DNA from: Candidatus Latescibacterota bacterium | Lineage (GTDB): Bacteria > Latescibacterota > UBA2968 | Assembly (NCBI GenBank): GCA_965222605.1 | Contig: OZ244960.1 | Location: 3,040,001 to 3,104,000 of the forward strand | Reading direction: 5' to 3' | Length of the DNA: 64,000 nt | Part shown: piece after piece, positions 1 to 12,376 of the stretch | Layout of the letters: each line of letters starts with the position of its first letter | Position numbering within the stretch: the stretch's first letter is position 1 | Notes under the pieces: model-generated | Seen by the model: only the letters and a program-made list of their open reading frames with translations | Told to the model about the DNA's origin: nothing | Databases searched by the model: none | Position numbers and translations under genes: made by a program

Positions 1-897
1 CAATTCTGTTGCTTGCAGTGCTTTGCGCCCTGAAAGCTCGGGTTCGCGTCCGTTTTTTATGGCATCGACCAGGTCCAGCACGGACGCTGTTGTCGCATCG
101 CGCTGACTCACAGTGCCGCTGAGATCTACATCTATTTGCTGGGTACCCGATACAACGCGGAGCGGGGGAGCATTGCGTCCTCCTATTTCAATGACCCCGT
201 CGCTCCCGACCAACCGATTCTGACTACCCTGCAGCCCGGTTCCACCCGTTGCCAACAATCCCTCGCGGCCATTTCGATATCGGATCCAGGAAATTCCGCT
301 GCCTTCCACGGGCGTTCCAAAAACCTCGCGTCCGCCTTCGGCGTCAATTTGTCCGATCACCCACTCGGCGGGTTCATCGTCATTGTAAAAGAAAAACATA
401 TCAAACCAGTGGGTGCCCCAATCGAACATGTTTGGACAATTGCCCTCAAAACGCCGCAGTTCGCCAATTGCGCCAGATTTTGCTATCTCCTTTGCCTTCA
501 CAAACTGCCCAGCAAACCGTCTCTGATGGCAAAATGTAATGACCACGTCGTTATCTACGCATGCCTGATAGAGCGACTTTGCTTCTCCCCAGGTCGGTGC
601 CATGGGCTTCTCGGCGTGAATCGCCTGAATCCCACTGCCCGCCGCATCCACAATCATATCGTGATGCAGTCCTGTCCAGGTACACACACTTACAAAATCC
701 AGGTCTTCTTTTTCCAGCATGTCGCGGTAGTCTTCATAGCCGTTTTCAACACCAAATTCTTCCATATACGCCAAACGCGGCGCCTCAAATGGATCGGCAC
801 ACGCTACGAGAGCCACGTCGTCTGACGCGGTCCATCCGCGTGCATGCCCTTTACCTCGGCCTCCACAACCAATGACACCAGCTTTAAAATTCGCCAT
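1..897 (-). CDS. Gfo/Idh/MocA family oxidoreductase (3' end outside window)
   Basis: Not in the ORF track. Manual translation from ATG at 897 gives MANFKAGVIGCGGRGKGHA...LDFVSVCTWTGLHHDM...IHAEKPMA (Rossmann GxGxxG and EKP motif); AGGAG RBS upstream. Confidence 0.88.
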   Translation of the reverse strand, partial: MANFKAGVIGCGGRGKGHARGWTASDDVALVACADPFEAPRLAYMEEFGVENGYEDYRDMLEKEDLDFVSVCTWTGLHHDMIVDAAGSGIQAIHAEKPMAPTWGEAKSLYQACVDNDVVITFCHQRRFAGQFVKAKEIAKSGAIGELRRFEGNCPNMFDWGTHWFDMFFFYNDDEPAEWVIGQIDAEGGREVFGTPVEGSGISWIRYRNGREGLLATGGTGLQGSQNRLVGSDGVIEIGGRNAPPLRVVSGTQQIDVDLSGTVSQRDATTASVLDLVDAIKNGREPELSGRKALQATEL

Positions 898-931
898 TTT
901 TTCTCCTGATAGACGTTAAAAAGAACCCTGC

Positions 932-1903
932 CTACGTTGTGTAAATCGACGTTGCATCCACCACATATCCCTTTTGATTATCCACCACATTCAACAGGGG
1001 TTCTCCGGCGCAGAATCGACGCACATTTTCTACAATCAATGCCTTTCTGCGCTTGTCAATTTCGGGCGAAATACCCGCAACATGCGGCGTCAAGATCACA
1101 TTTTCCATGGACCATAATGCATGACCTTGCGGCAGCGGCTCCTCTTCATAGACATCGAGACCTGCACCACCGATCTGCCCGGATTGCAATGCGTTGGTCA
1201 GTGCGTGCAATTGGACCACTTTGCCGCGACCGATGTTGATTAAAATTCCCGTATTTTTCATCGCCCGAAACATATCCGCATCGAATAACGCTTCGGTCTC
1301 GGCTGTGTGCGGCACGCAAATTACCACAAAATCGGACTCCGCGACCATATCCGAAAGTTCATCGGGGGAATAAATACGCGCGATAAAATCGGGCTTTCCC
1401 TTTGGCGCTGGATCCAACCCCAGCACCCGCATGCCAAATACCGGGCCTCGCTCGGCAACGGACAAACCGATGCCTCCCAAACCGACCACGCCCAATGTCG
1501 TTCCCGCAAGATGGATGACCGGTGCGCCTTTTTCCCATTTGCCCTGGGACTGATTGCGAATATAGTGATGCAATCCGCGGGCAAAAGCCATTACCATTGA
1601 AAATACATGATCGGCAATGACGTCGCTGTATATCCCGCGGATATTCGTCACCGTCAAATCGCTTTTCCGCAGCTCTGGAAAGTAATATCCATCCAGCCCG
1701 GCACTCGTCGCCTGCACCCACCGCAGTTTTTTTCCTGCCTTCAAAATCTGCGCCGTCATACCTCCAAAATACGCATCTGCATCACCAATTGCAGACAGTA
1801 TGTCCTTTTCGGACTTCACGACCACTGTTTCCACACCCAGGTCGCGGATTTGCTGCATGTATTCATCTTCTAACGCCCGCTGCAAAACCATTTTTATCGC
1901 CAT
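932..1903 (-). CDS. D-2-hydroxyacid dehydrogenase (SerA/GhrA-like)
   Basis: GVVGLGGIG, INIGRGKVV, GLDVYEEEPLP, TPHVAG motifs; start moved to MAIKMV behind GGAGG. Confidence 0.9.
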   Translation of the reverse strand: MAIKMVLQRALEDEYMQQIRDLGVETVVVKSEKDILSAIGDADAYFGGMTAQILKAGKKLRWVQATSAGLDGYYFPELRKSDLTVTNIRGIYSDVIADHVFSMVMAFARGLHHYIRNQSQGKWEKGAPVIHLAGTTLGVVGLGGIGLSVAERGPVFGMRVLGLDPAPKGKPDFIARIYSPDELSDMVAESDFVVICVPHTAETEALFDADMFRAMKNTGILINIGRGKVVQLHALTNALQSGQIGGAGLDVYEEEPLPQGHALWSMENVILTPHVAGISPEIDKRRKALIVENVRRFCAGEPLLNVVDNQKGYVVDATSIYTT

Positions 1904-1919
1904 TTCACAACCTCCAGTA

Positions 1920-3200
1920 TTATGCTTGCCAGGGCACACTGCCATTTTGCTGCATTTCCGTCTGCAACAACTGACCCATCTCTCGAAATGCATCTTTCCG
2001 CGTTTTTGCCTGATCTGATGTCTCTTGAGGATCGCCGCCCAGGTCATAAAGTTCAAGGGGTTCAAAAGGATTGTTGTGCAGCAATTTGATATTGCCGCGT
2101 CGAACCGCGTGCTGATTCAGTCCGAGAAATGGGTGGCCCCCTTCTTTTCGCACCCAGTACATCGCGCGATCAGAGAAATTCTGCTTTTCGCCTCTCAGCG
2201 TTGGCAAAATAGACAGTCCCTCGATCTGGTGGTTGACCGATACACCTGCTGTCTCGCAGGCTGTGGGGAAGAGGTCCATCAGCATCGCAACATTGTCACA
2301 CACATAGCCTTTTTCGATTCCATCTGCCCACATTGCACAGGCGGGTACCCGAATCCCGCCTTCATACATCTGTCCTTTTCCGCCTTTTAACGCACCGTTA
2401 GTCGCGCCCACGTTTAACTGTCCGCCATTGTCCGATGTGTAAATCACAAGTGTATTGGAAAGTTGTCCGGTTTTCTCGAGCGTGTCCAGGACCCGACCAA
2501 TGCCCGCATCCATGTGCTCGACCAGCGCGATGTATTTCACCCGTTCGGGCGAGGCATCCGGCTCGCGCTGGCGCACCCGTTCGATCCAATCCTCTGGCGG
2601 TTGAATGGGCGTGTGCGGCGCATTATAAGCCAGATACAGGAAAAACGGCTGTGACGAATGCGCGTGTTCTCGAATCACCTCTATCGCCCATTCTGTAAAT
2701 AAATCCGTCGCGTGTCCACGCGGATCAATCACTTCGAGGCCTTTCCGCATGTAATTCTGGTCGTGCCGCAAATGCGTGTAATAATCGTCCATCATGTCGC
2801 CTAAAAAACCGTGGAAATGATCAAATCCGCGCTTACACGGATGGTTCTCAGGCTCGAGACCGAGGTGCCATTTTCCAATAATTGACGTGTGATAGTCTTT
2901 TTGTTTGAGCATTGATGGCAGTGTTACGGCATCACGACTGAAATATCCCCAGCTTCTCTCGGGATGCGTGCGAATCACACCCGGGACGCCAACCCGGTCT
3001 GGATACCGCCCCGTCATCAATGCTGCGCGACTGGGGGAGCACACGGATGAATTTGCGTAGAACTGTGTCAAGCGCATGCCGTTTTCAGCAATGCGATCGA
3101 TATTTGGCGTTTGAATATGCGGACCATGATGCGCTGAGATATCGCCATAACCGTGGTCATCGCCCAGGATTATCAAAATATTTGGCAACTGTGCCATCAA
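1920..3200 (-). CDS. Arylsulfatase (Cys-type S1 sulfatase)
   Basis: PNILIILGDD, CSPSRAALMTGRY, GKWHLG, SDNG motifs. Confidence 0.93.
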   Translation of the reverse strand: MMAQLPNILIILGDDHGYGDISAHHGPHIQTPNIDRIAENGMRLTQFYANSSVCSPSRAALMTGRYPDRVGVPGVIRTHPERSWGYFSRDAVTLPSMLKQKDYHTSIIGKWHLGLEPENHPCKRGFDHFHGFLGDMMDDYYTHLRHDQNYMRKGLEVIDPRGHATDLFTEWAIEVIREHAHSSQPFFLYLAYNAPHTPIQPPEDWIERVRQREPDASPERVKYIALVEHMDAGIGRVLDTLEKTGQLSNTLVIYTSDNGGQLNVGATNGALKGGKGQMYEGGIRVPACAMWADGIEKGYVCDNVAMLMDLFPTACETAGVSVNHQIEGLSILPTLRGEKQNFSDRAMYWVRKEGGHPFLGLNQHAVRRGNIKLLHNNPFEPLELYDLGGDPQETSDQAKTRKDAFREMGQLLQTEMQQNGSVPWQA

Positions 3201-3216
3201 TCACCTCCTTTAATAA

Positions 3217-3546
3217 TTACATGTGCCGCAGCATTCGCCGCACCAGTTCGCGTTTTTCCGCGGGGTCTTTTGCCCAGCAAATTTCCTCAAAACGATCTTC
3301 AAATATTCCGGAATTTTCGATCTTTCGATCCCGACTCAATTTTTGTAATTGCTCAAATTCACGAACATCAAGCCTGTGGGACATGCGGTTTAATGCAAAT
3401 CTGAACCGTTTCGGATTTCGAAAAAAATAAGTGCCCAATTCCCGGAGCATGTCGCCGTATTTCAAGCCTTGCTCCGCAACAGTTTCCGCCAGTTTATCAT
3501 TTTGCATGACTAAAATCCTTTTCTTACTCGTCTGCGCGTTTTCCAT
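3217..3546 (-). CDS. Hypothetical protein (~100 aa, helical, charged)
   Basis: ORF co-oriented with neighbours and filling the gap; no motif recognised. Confidence 0.6.
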   Translation of the reverse strand: MENAQTSKKRILVMQNDKLAETVAEQGLKYGDMLRELGTYFFRNPKRFRFALNRMSHRLDVREFEQLQKLSRDRKIENSGIFEDRFEEICWAKDPAEKRELVRRMLRHM

Positions 3547-3829
3547 TGGCCTCTGCTTCTTTCATCATATCGGGTAGAATGGGTATGCCTTCGTGTCGCA
3601 AACGATAAAAGTCCTCGCCGCCGCTGAGATGCGGATATCGCCCGGTCATCAATGCCGAGCGGCTCGGTTGGCATACTGCAATCGTCACATGACCGTGGTT
3701 AAACCGCAATCCTCCCGCGGCCAATCGGTCAATATTTGGCGTTGTCCCCGCTGTTGGACACCCAAAAGCCCCCACCGCATCCCAGTTCATGTCATCTGCT
3801 GTTATCAGCATAAAATTTGGTCTGTTCAT
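3524..3829 (-). pseudogene. Truncated sulfatase, N-terminal ~100 aa only
   Basis: MNRPNFMLITADD...CQPSRSALMTGRYP then stops; the rest of the fold is absent. Confidence 0.8.
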
Positions 3830-3843
3830 ATTGTTCCTTTTCA

Positions 3844-4302
3844 CTACTCTTCCCCATCGTAATATTCCGTCTCGGTCAGGCGCCCCAATTTGCCCGGTGG
3901 ACGAATTGCCCATTTATTCGAATCGGGATAATAGACCGGGTCACTTACGGGATTGTCGGCAATGACATAATAAATCAAATCTTCTGTCGCACTTGTATTG
4001 TGAATCTGATGCGCGGTGCCGGGCGGTTGAACAAATGCATCGCCTGCTCCGACTTCAAATTTGTGATTGTTGCGGCGCACAGTGCCGTGACCCCGGAGCA
4101 CGAGATAAAATTCCCATTGTACCTGGTGCGCGTGGCACGGAAAATTTATCTTGCCCGGCGGCAATCGCACCCATTCAACCTCAAATGGTTGTCCTGTGGT
4201 TTCTAATGCGGCGGAAATATCCTTCCAATGCAAACCGTATTTGCCCGTGCGCGATTGCCGTGATTTCTCCTCAATTTTCGATTCATTGATTTTTTCTATC
4301 AC
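3844..4302 (-). CDS. Cupin domain protein
   Basis: HAHQVQWEFYLVLRGHG and GDAFVQPPGTAHQIHN cupin motifs; YYPDSNKW tail. Confidence 0.85.
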   Translation of the reverse strand: MIEKINESKIEEKSRQSRTGKYGLHWKDISAALETTGQPFEVEWVRLPPGKINFPCHAHQVQWEFYLVLRGHGTVRRNNHKFEVGAGDAFVQPPGTAHQIHNTSATEDLIYYVIADNPVSDPVYYPDSNKWAIRPPGKLGRLTETEYYDGEE

Positions 4303-4326
4303 TGTGATCTTCTCCCCTATAAGCGT

Positions 4327-5106
4327 TTACTGTGCGTTCCATCCGCCATCCAAATATAGCGATGCTCCCGTCATAAAGCTCGACGCATCGCTCGCCAAAA
4401 ACAACGCTGCGCCACGAATTTCATGCAACTCGGCCCAGCGATTTAATGCCGTCAATTCCAATAATGACTTCACTTTCTCTGGCGTCTTTAGAAGCGGCAC
4501 ATTGATCTCTGTCAAAAATGGTCCCGGACACAGTGCATTGCATCGCACATTGGACTCGGCCCATTCCAGAGCCATTGTTTTTGTCATTCCGATTAATCCC
4601 GCCTTTGACGAACAATAAGCCGAACGCTCTTTTAACCCCACGCCACTTAATGCCGACGCAATATTCACCACTGAACCCGATCCTTGCGGTTTCATAATTC
4701 GGGCAGCCGCTCGGCAACACAACCATACGCCAGTCAAATTGATATCAATCACTTGCTTAAATTCATCGAGTGGAAAATCCTCCACAAGATGCCGAATATT
4801 AATCCCTGCGCTGTTGATCAACACATCCAGCTTACCGTATTTCTCGATCACTGTATCAAATACCCGATCCACGTCTTTTTCTTGTGTCACATCTCCAGCG
4901 ACACCAAGACTTTCTTGTTCTGTTTCTTCTGCGATCTCTCCCGCCAACCGGTCACAATCTACCTGCGTTCGCGAACAAATAACGGTTTTTGCACCGGCCT
5001 GCGCCAATCCCATCGCCATTGATGCGCCCAATCCTTTAGACCCTCCTGTGATCAACGCGACCTTCCCATCCAACCGAAACAAATCCATTACATGTATTTC
5101 TGACAT
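4327..5106 (-). CDS. Short-chain dehydrogenase/reductase (gluconate 5-dehydrogenase-like)
   Basis: TGGSKGLG, NSAG, YCSSK, DGG motifs. Confidence 0.92.
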   Translation of the reverse strand: MSEIHVMDLFRLDGKVALITGGSKGLGASMAMGLAQAGAKTVICSRTQVDCDRLAGEIAEETEQESLGVAGDVTQEKDVDRVFDTVIEKYGKLDVLINSAGINIRHLVEDFPLDEFKQVIDINLTGVWLCCRAAARIMKPQGSGSVVNIASALSGVGLKERSAYCSSKAGLIGMTKTMALEWAESNVRCNALCPGPFLTEINVPLLKTPEKVKSLLELTALNRWAELHEIRGAALFLASDASSFMTGASLYLDGGWNAQ

Positions 5107-5132
5107 ATTGTTCTCCAGTGGTTATCGGTCAG

Positions 5133-5206
5133 CGGGCGACCACAGAGGGTCGCCCCTACAAACCGGATAACATATCATCGTAGGGGACGGTCCCTGTGCC
5201 GTCCCG
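5133..5206. repeat. Inverted pair of GTAG-type REP hairpins (REPIN-like doublet)
   Basis: CGGGCGACCACAGAGGGTCGCCCCTAC (5133-5159) and GTAGGGGACGGTCCCTGTGCCGTCCCG (5180-5206); each is a hairpin with a GTAG foot; related copy at 57274. Confidence 0.75.
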
Positions 5207-5217
5207 TCAGCAGTCAC

Positions 5218-6300
5218 CTATGGTCTCAATGTCACCTTTACGGACTGTGTTCCATCTGCTACGAGTTCGATACCCTTGTGAAAATCCTCAAGGGGCAATT
5301 GATGGGTTACGATCTGGTCCATTGGGAGAAGCCCCTGTTCCAACATTCGAATGGCAATGGGATAACAATGCGGACTCAAATGCGCGCCGTGAATATTGAG
5401 TTCTTTTGTATCTCCAATAATCGTCCAGTCCGTTGTCACGGGTTCGCGCATCACACTGAACTCGACAAATGTGCCGAGTTTGCAAATCATAAGCAGTCCC
5501 TGTTCCACTGCCGCGGGATGCCCGGTTGCCTCAATATACACATCGCAGCCATAACCTTCTGTCAACTTATGGACTTCGTCAATCACATCCACCGAATTTG
5601 GATTCAAACCCAAATTCGCCCCACACGCTCTGGCTATTTCCAACCGTCTATCATCCAGGTCTAAGGCAATTAGCAAAGCGGGATTTTTCATTCGCGCAGC
5701 AGCGACCATACCCAGACCGAGCGGTCCCGCACCGGCAATTACGACCGTGTCATTTAACTGAATATTGCCGCGTTCGACCGCGTGAATTGCACAGGCGAGG
5801 GGTTCTACATACGCCGCATGTGCGGCGGGGATGGATTTTGGTACGCGATAATTCAAGGCTTTGGTAGGCAACTTGCAGTATTCAGCCATTGCCCCAAATG
5901 TCGCCTGGCGAAAGCCATAAATGTCGTGTACCATGCACATCCAGTATTGCCCACGCAAGCAATAACGACACGCGCCACAGGGCACAATCTGCTCCGATAC
6001 GGCGAGGTCGCCAATCGCCAACCCGTATTTGTCACCTGCGCCGTCACCGAGGGCAACGACCTCTCCGACAAACTCGTGTCCGGGAATAATCGGCGCCTGG
6101 CAATAGCCCTCGCGATGGGAATCGCCCCAAAACATGGGTGCTCCCAGATAACACTTCAAATCGCTTGCACATATACCGACCGATTGCACGCGAATTAGAA
6201 CCTCACCTGCATCTACCTGCGGCACTGCGTATTCTTCCAGGCGATAATCTTCGGGCGCGCGACACATTACCGCGGGCATCGTTTTTGGCAAATCACCCAT
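5218..6300 (-). CDS. Zn-dependent alcohol/polyol dehydrogenase (erythritol/threitol dehydrogenase-like)
   Basis: GICASD, GHEFVG, CGACRYC...C zinc sites, GAGPLG. Confidence 0.88.
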   Translation of the reverse strand: MGDLPKTMPAVMCRAPEDYRLEEYAVPQVDAGEVLIRVQSVGICASDLKCYLGAPMFWGDSHREGYCQAPIIPGHEFVGEVVALGDGAGDKYGLAIGDLAVSEQIVPCGACRYCLRGQYWMCMVHDIYGFRQATFGAMAEYCKLPTKALNYRVPKSIPAAHAAYVEPLACAIHAVERGNIQLNDTVVIAGAGPLGLGMVAAARMKNPALLIALDLDDRRLEIARACGANLGLNPNSVDVIDEVHKLTEGYGCDVYIEATGHPAAVEQGLLMICKLGTFVEFSVMREPVTTDWTIIGDTKELNIHGAHLSPHCYPIAIRMLEQGLLPMDQIVTHQLPLEDFHKGIELVADGTQSVKVTLRP

Positions 6301-6314
6301 ATCGAATCCTTTTC

Positions 6315-6343
6315 TTGACAATTAAAAGCCCTTACGATACACT
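6315..6343 (+). promoter_or_regulatory. Putative sigma70 promoter for hom
   Basis: TTGACA-17 nt-TACACT about 55 nt upstream of the start. Confidence 0.5.
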
Positions 6344-6398
6344 TCTACATTATAATACAAAGCACGAAAATTTTCATCTCTAACCTTATGAGGCAAAA

Positions 6399-7694
6399 GT
6401 GGCAATTGGTATCGGCTTGATTGGCATGGGTGTTGTCGGTGGCGGCGTCGCGCGCATTTTGCGTGACCGCGACCATGAATTTAAACATGTTCGGGGCCTC
6501 GATCTCGACATTCGCAAAATCGCTGTGCGCGATCTGTCCAAACCTCGCGCAATTGACTTGCTTCCCGACCGTTTCACGACCAATCCAATGGATGTGGTCA
6601 CCGACCCTAAAATCCAGATTGTGATCGAGGTGATGGGCGGTGTTGATGCGGCATATGACCTGGTTCTCGCGGCTCTTCAAAATGGCAAAGATGTGGTTAC
6701 GGCCAACAAAGCCCTTCTTGCCGAACGCGGCGACAGCCTATTTGAGGCAGCGGTTCAAAACAATGTTGGCCTCGGCTTTGAAGCCAGCGTATGCGGTGGT
6801 ATTCCCATTATCCAAACGCTCAGCCAGGGGCTGGTAGCCAACGATATTCAATCGCTTTACGGCATTCTCAACGGCACGACCAACTACATCCTCACCCGCA
6901 TGACAGAAGCCGGGGCGGACTTTGATCCCATGCTCAAAGAGGCACAGGACAAAGGGTTTGCCGAAGCCGATCCGACCATGGACATCGACGGCACGGATGC
7001 GGCTCAAAAGCTCGCGCTGCTCTGTCGCCTCGCGTTCCGTCAGCGCGTCTCATCCGGCGATATTCTCAAAGAGGGCATCTCTCACATCACCGCATTGGAC
7101 ATCGACTTTGCCCGCGAACTCGGCTACACTATCAAATTGCTCGGCATAGCCCGGGTGGTGGGCTATCGCATTGAAGCCCGCGTGCATCCCGCTCTTGTGC
7201 CTCGCGATGCGCTCCTGGCCGATATTCGCAATGAATTTAATGCTGTGGAAATTGTCGGCAGTGCGGTTGACGCTCAGGTCTTTTACGGCAAGGGTGCCGG
7301 CGAATTGCCCACGGCCAGCGCGGTGGTCGCGGATCTGGTCGCCATCGCCGAGCGGCGCAAAGCTGGTCTTGGTCCTGCGGGAGCACCGCTTGCTCCGCTG
7401 CCCGAGGCCGATCTCGTTCCCATTGATGACATTCAAACCGGTAGCTATTGTCGCTTTACTGTTCACGACAAACCCGGGGTTCTGGCGCAGATTGCAGCAC
7501 TCTTTGCCGGGGAAAATATCAGCATAGAAACGGTTATCCAGCACGGGCGCTCGGAAACAGAAGGTGGCACGGTTCCTCTGATCATGATCACACACGATGC
7601 TCCCGAATCCGCGATGCAATGCGCCATCACGCGCATCGGGAAATTGTCCGCGGTGACTGAAAAACCGCAGATCATTCGCATTCTTCATCCCTAA
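6399..7694 (+). CDS. hom: Homoserine dehydrogenase with C-terminal ACT domain
   Basis: GLIGMGVVGGG, VVTANKA, FEASVCGGIP, GILNGTTNYIL, GFAEADP, ACT DKPGVLA. Confidence 0.95.
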   Translation: MAIGIGLIGMGVVGGGVARILRDRDHEFKHVRGLDLDIRKIAVRDLSKPRAIDLLPDRFTTNPMDVVTDPKIQIVIEVMGGVDAAYDLVLAALQNGKDVVTANKALLAERGDSLFEAAVQNNVGLGFEASVCGGIPIIQTLSQGLVANDIQSLYGILNGTTNYILTRMTEAGADFDPMLKEAQDKGFAEADPTMDIDGTDAAQKLALLCRLAFRQRVSSGDILKEGISHITALDIDFARELGYTIKLLGIARVVGYRIEARVHPALVPRDALLADIRNEFNAVEIVGSAVDAQVFYGKGAGELPTASAVVADLVAIAERRKAGLGPAGAPLAPLPEADLVPIDDIQTGSYCRFTVHDKPGVLAQIAALFAGENISIETVIQHGRSETEGGTVPLIMITHDAPESAMQCAITRIGKLSAVTEKPQIIRILHP

Positions 7695-7708
7695 GAGAAT
7701 GCGAGTAC

Positions 7709-7739
7709 AAAAAAGCGGCAGAGAAAAATCTCTGCCGCT
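7709..7739 (-). terminator. Intrinsic terminator between convergent hom and gyrA
   Basis: AGCGGCAGAGA-AAAA-TCTCTGCCGCT stem; the A-run on its left is a U-tract for the minus-strand transcript. Confidence 0.75.
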
Positions 7740-7768
7740 ACGAACTTCAATTCAAAAGATTGTGTTGT

Positions 7769-10366
7769 TCACTTCCATCCTGTTCGCTTTTGCACCTCGC
7801 GCCATAACGCCTTCACCATTTCTTCTCCCGTCGTCTTTTTTCCGTTCTCCTCAGCAGTATTCTCATCTTCACTTTCACTTACTTCTTCAGATGTCGGGTC
7901 TATCGCGGTTTCGCCTTCTTCTTCCTCATCCTGGCTGACCTGTGCCACATCGATCACCTGATCGCCGTCATCCACGTTGATCAAACGCACACCCTGTGCA
8001 TTGCGCCCAATCACGCTCACTTCCGAAACTTTCTGTCGGATCAAGATGCCATTCTGTGTCACGATCACCATATCGTCCTGGCTATCTTTCATTACCAGCA
8101 TCACCGATACCACAGGACCATTGCGATCTGTGGTTTTGATGTTGATCACGCCTTTGCCACCCCGGTTTGTCAGGCGATAATCCAAAACCGGCGTGCGCTT
8201 GCCATATCCATTGGCACATACTGTCAACAAACGGGACTGCTCTACATCCTCAGGTTTAACGACCACCATGCCCACCACGACATCATCGCCTTGCAAGGAC
8301 ACACCGCGCACCCCCTGTGAGTTGCGCCCCAAAGAACGCACCTTGTCTTCATTAAAGTACACAGCCTGCCCGCGCTTTGTGGCAATGATCACCTGGTCGT
8401 CACCCCTTGTAATCGCGGCTTTAATTAGCTGATCGTCTTCCAGCACATTCATCGCGATAATGCCACCCTTGCGCGGGCGACTATACGCCGACAGCACGGT
8501 CTTTTTTATTTGTCCCTTTAGGGTTACAGACAACAGATAGTGATCTTCATCAAATTCACGCACTGGCACGACTTCGGCTACCTTATGTCCATAGGGAATA
8601 TCCACCACATTGACAATGGGCCGACCTCGGGCTTGACGCGTACCTCTCGGAATTTCATGTACTTTTAACCACACACAGTGACCCCGGTCTGTCAATACGA
8701 GGATATAGCTGTGCGTGGAAGCCACGAACAAGCTTTCTACAAAATCTTCATCCTTTGTGCGCATCCCCGTGATCCCACGGCCCCCCCGGTTTTGTGCGCG
8801 ATAGGTGGATACGGGAATGCGTTTGATATATCCGTTGTGAGAAATTGTAATGACCATGTCTTCTTCGCGGATCAAATCTTCAATACTAAACTCAGAGGCC
8901 GCCAACACGATTTCTGATCGACGCTCATCGCCGTATTTTTCGCGCATCACACCCAATTCGTCTTTGACAATTTTCATACGCGATTCGCGGTTGTCCAAAA
9001 TAGAGCCCAGTCGTTCAATTTCTTGCTTCAGCGCGGAATATTCGTCTTCTATCTTCTGCTGTTCCATGTTGGTCAATCGTTGCAATGTCATGGATAAAAT
9101 GGCCTGTGTCTGGCGTTGAGACAATTCGAGTTGTGTCATCAACGCACGCCGCGCTTCGTTGGGGTCTGCCGAGCCGCGGATAATGCGGATCACTTCGTCG
9201 ATATGGTCCTGCGCGAGTATTAATCCTTCCAAGATATGTGCGCGATCTTCAGCCACCCGCAGTTCGTATTCCGTGCGTCGTTTCACGACATCGTGGCGGT
9301 GGTCGATATAACACTGCAACATGTGCTTTATGGTCACTTGTAGCGGCCGGCCGTTGACCAGCGCAACCATATTGGCCGCAAACGTCGTTTCCAATTGGGT
9401 GTGTTTGTAGAGTTGATTCAAAATCACCTCCCCGACGGTATCGCGTTTGAGTTCCACCACAATACGCAACCCATCGCGGTCGGATTCATCCTGAATATTT
9501 GAAATTCCTTCAATGCGCTTTTCGCGTACCAGATCCGCCATTTTTTCTAACAGCGTTGTCTTGTTCACCATATAGGGGATTTCTGTGATGATAATGGTTT
9601 CTCGCTCGGTTTTGTCTTCTTCTATATCGGCTTTTGCCCGGATCTTCAGGTGCCCGCGCCCCGTCTGATAGGCGTCTAAAACGCCACCTATACCATAAAT
9701 GGTGCCGCCGGTTGGAAAGTCGGGTGCTTTGATATATTCCATCAACTCACCGATATCCAATTCGGGATTATCGATCAATGCGACAAGGCCATCGACGACC
9801 TCCTGCAAATTGTGCGGTGGGATTGCTGTCGCCATTGTCGTGGCAATTCCCACGGCGCCGTTGCAAACCATGTTTGGAAATGCAGAAGGCAATACTTTGG
9901 GTTCTTCCAGGCGCTCGTCGTAGTTGGGGCGATAATCAACGGTCTCTTTCTCGAGATCGTTTAACATCTCCTGCCCCGGTCCGGCCATACGCGCTTCTGT
10001 ATAGCGCATCGCAGCGGGTGGATATCCGTCGATGGAGCCAAAATTGCCCTGCCCATCTACGAGTGGATAACGCAACTTAAAATCCTGAGCCAGATGCACC
10101 AGCGTTGGATAGACAATGTCTTCACCGTGCGGATGGTAATTGCCCGAGGCATGACCGGCGATATGAGCACATTTTCGATGCTGCCGGTTTGCGCCCAGGC
10201 CGAGGTCATTCATCGCCACCAAAATGCGTCTTTGCGATGGCTTCATCCCATCGCGCACATCCGGCAATGCGCGATTGACCAGTGTGCTCATCGAATAATC
10301 GAGCATGGACTTCTTCAACTCATCACCAATTTCAACAGGGATCACCCGCGATCGTTCTATCATCAT
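7769..10366 (-). CDS. gyrA: DNA gyrase subunit A
   Basis: RALPDVRDG, YHPHG, AAMRYTEAR active site, GyrA-box QNRGGRG, pinwheel repeats, acidic tail. Confidence 0.97.
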   Translation of the reverse strand: MMIERSRVIPVEIGDELKKSMLDYSMSTLVNRALPDVRDGMKPSQRRILVAMNDLGLGANRQHRKCAHIAGHASGNYHPHGEDIVYPTLVHLAQDFKLRYPLVDGQGNFGSIDGYPPAAMRYTEARMAGPGQEMLNDLEKETVDYRPNYDERLEEPKVLPSAFPNMVCNGAVGIATTMATAIPPHNLQEVVDGLVALIDNPELDIGELMEYIKAPDFPTGGTIYGIGGVLDAYQTGRGHLKIRAKADIEEDKTERETIIITEIPYMVNKTTLLEKMADLVREKRIEGISNIQDESDRDGLRIVVELKRDTVGEVILNQLYKHTQLETTFAANMVALVNGRPLQVTIKHMLQCYIDHRHDVVKRRTEYELRVAEDRAHILEGLILAQDHIDEVIRIIRGSADPNEARRALMTQLELSQRQTQAILSMTLQRLTNMEQQKIEDEYSALKQEIERLGSILDNRESRMKIVKDELGVMREKYGDERRSEIVLAASEFSIEDLIREEDMVITISHNGYIKRIPVSTYRAQNRGGRGITGMRTKDEDFVESLFVASTHSYILVLTDRGHCVWLKVHEIPRGTRQARGRPIVNVVDIPYGHKVAEVVPVREFDEDHYLLSVTLKGQIKKTVLSAYSRPRKGGIIAMNVLEDDQLIKAAITRGDDQVIIATKRGQAVYFNEDKVRSLGRNSQGVRGVSLQGDDVVVGMVVVKPEDVEQSRLLTVCANGYGKRTPVLDYRLTNRGGKGVINIKTTDRNGPVVSVMLVMKDSQDDMVIVTQNGILIRQKVSEVSVIGRNAQGVRLINVDDGDQVIDVAQVSQDEEEEGETAIDPTSEEVSESEDENTAEENGKKTTGEEMVKALWREVQKRTGWK

Positions 10367-10411
10367 TGTCTTATCGTCTCCTTTGAGTTATCTGTTGCCA
10401 GTAGCCAGTTT

Positions 10412-12376
<1,965 letters not shown>

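Noticed and set aside
136-825. 229-aa plus-strand ORF
   Set aside because: Antisense shadow of the minus-strand Gfo/Idh/MocA gene (1-897). The same applies to other long antisense ORFs such as 43610-44488, 38797-39573 and 50236-51111.
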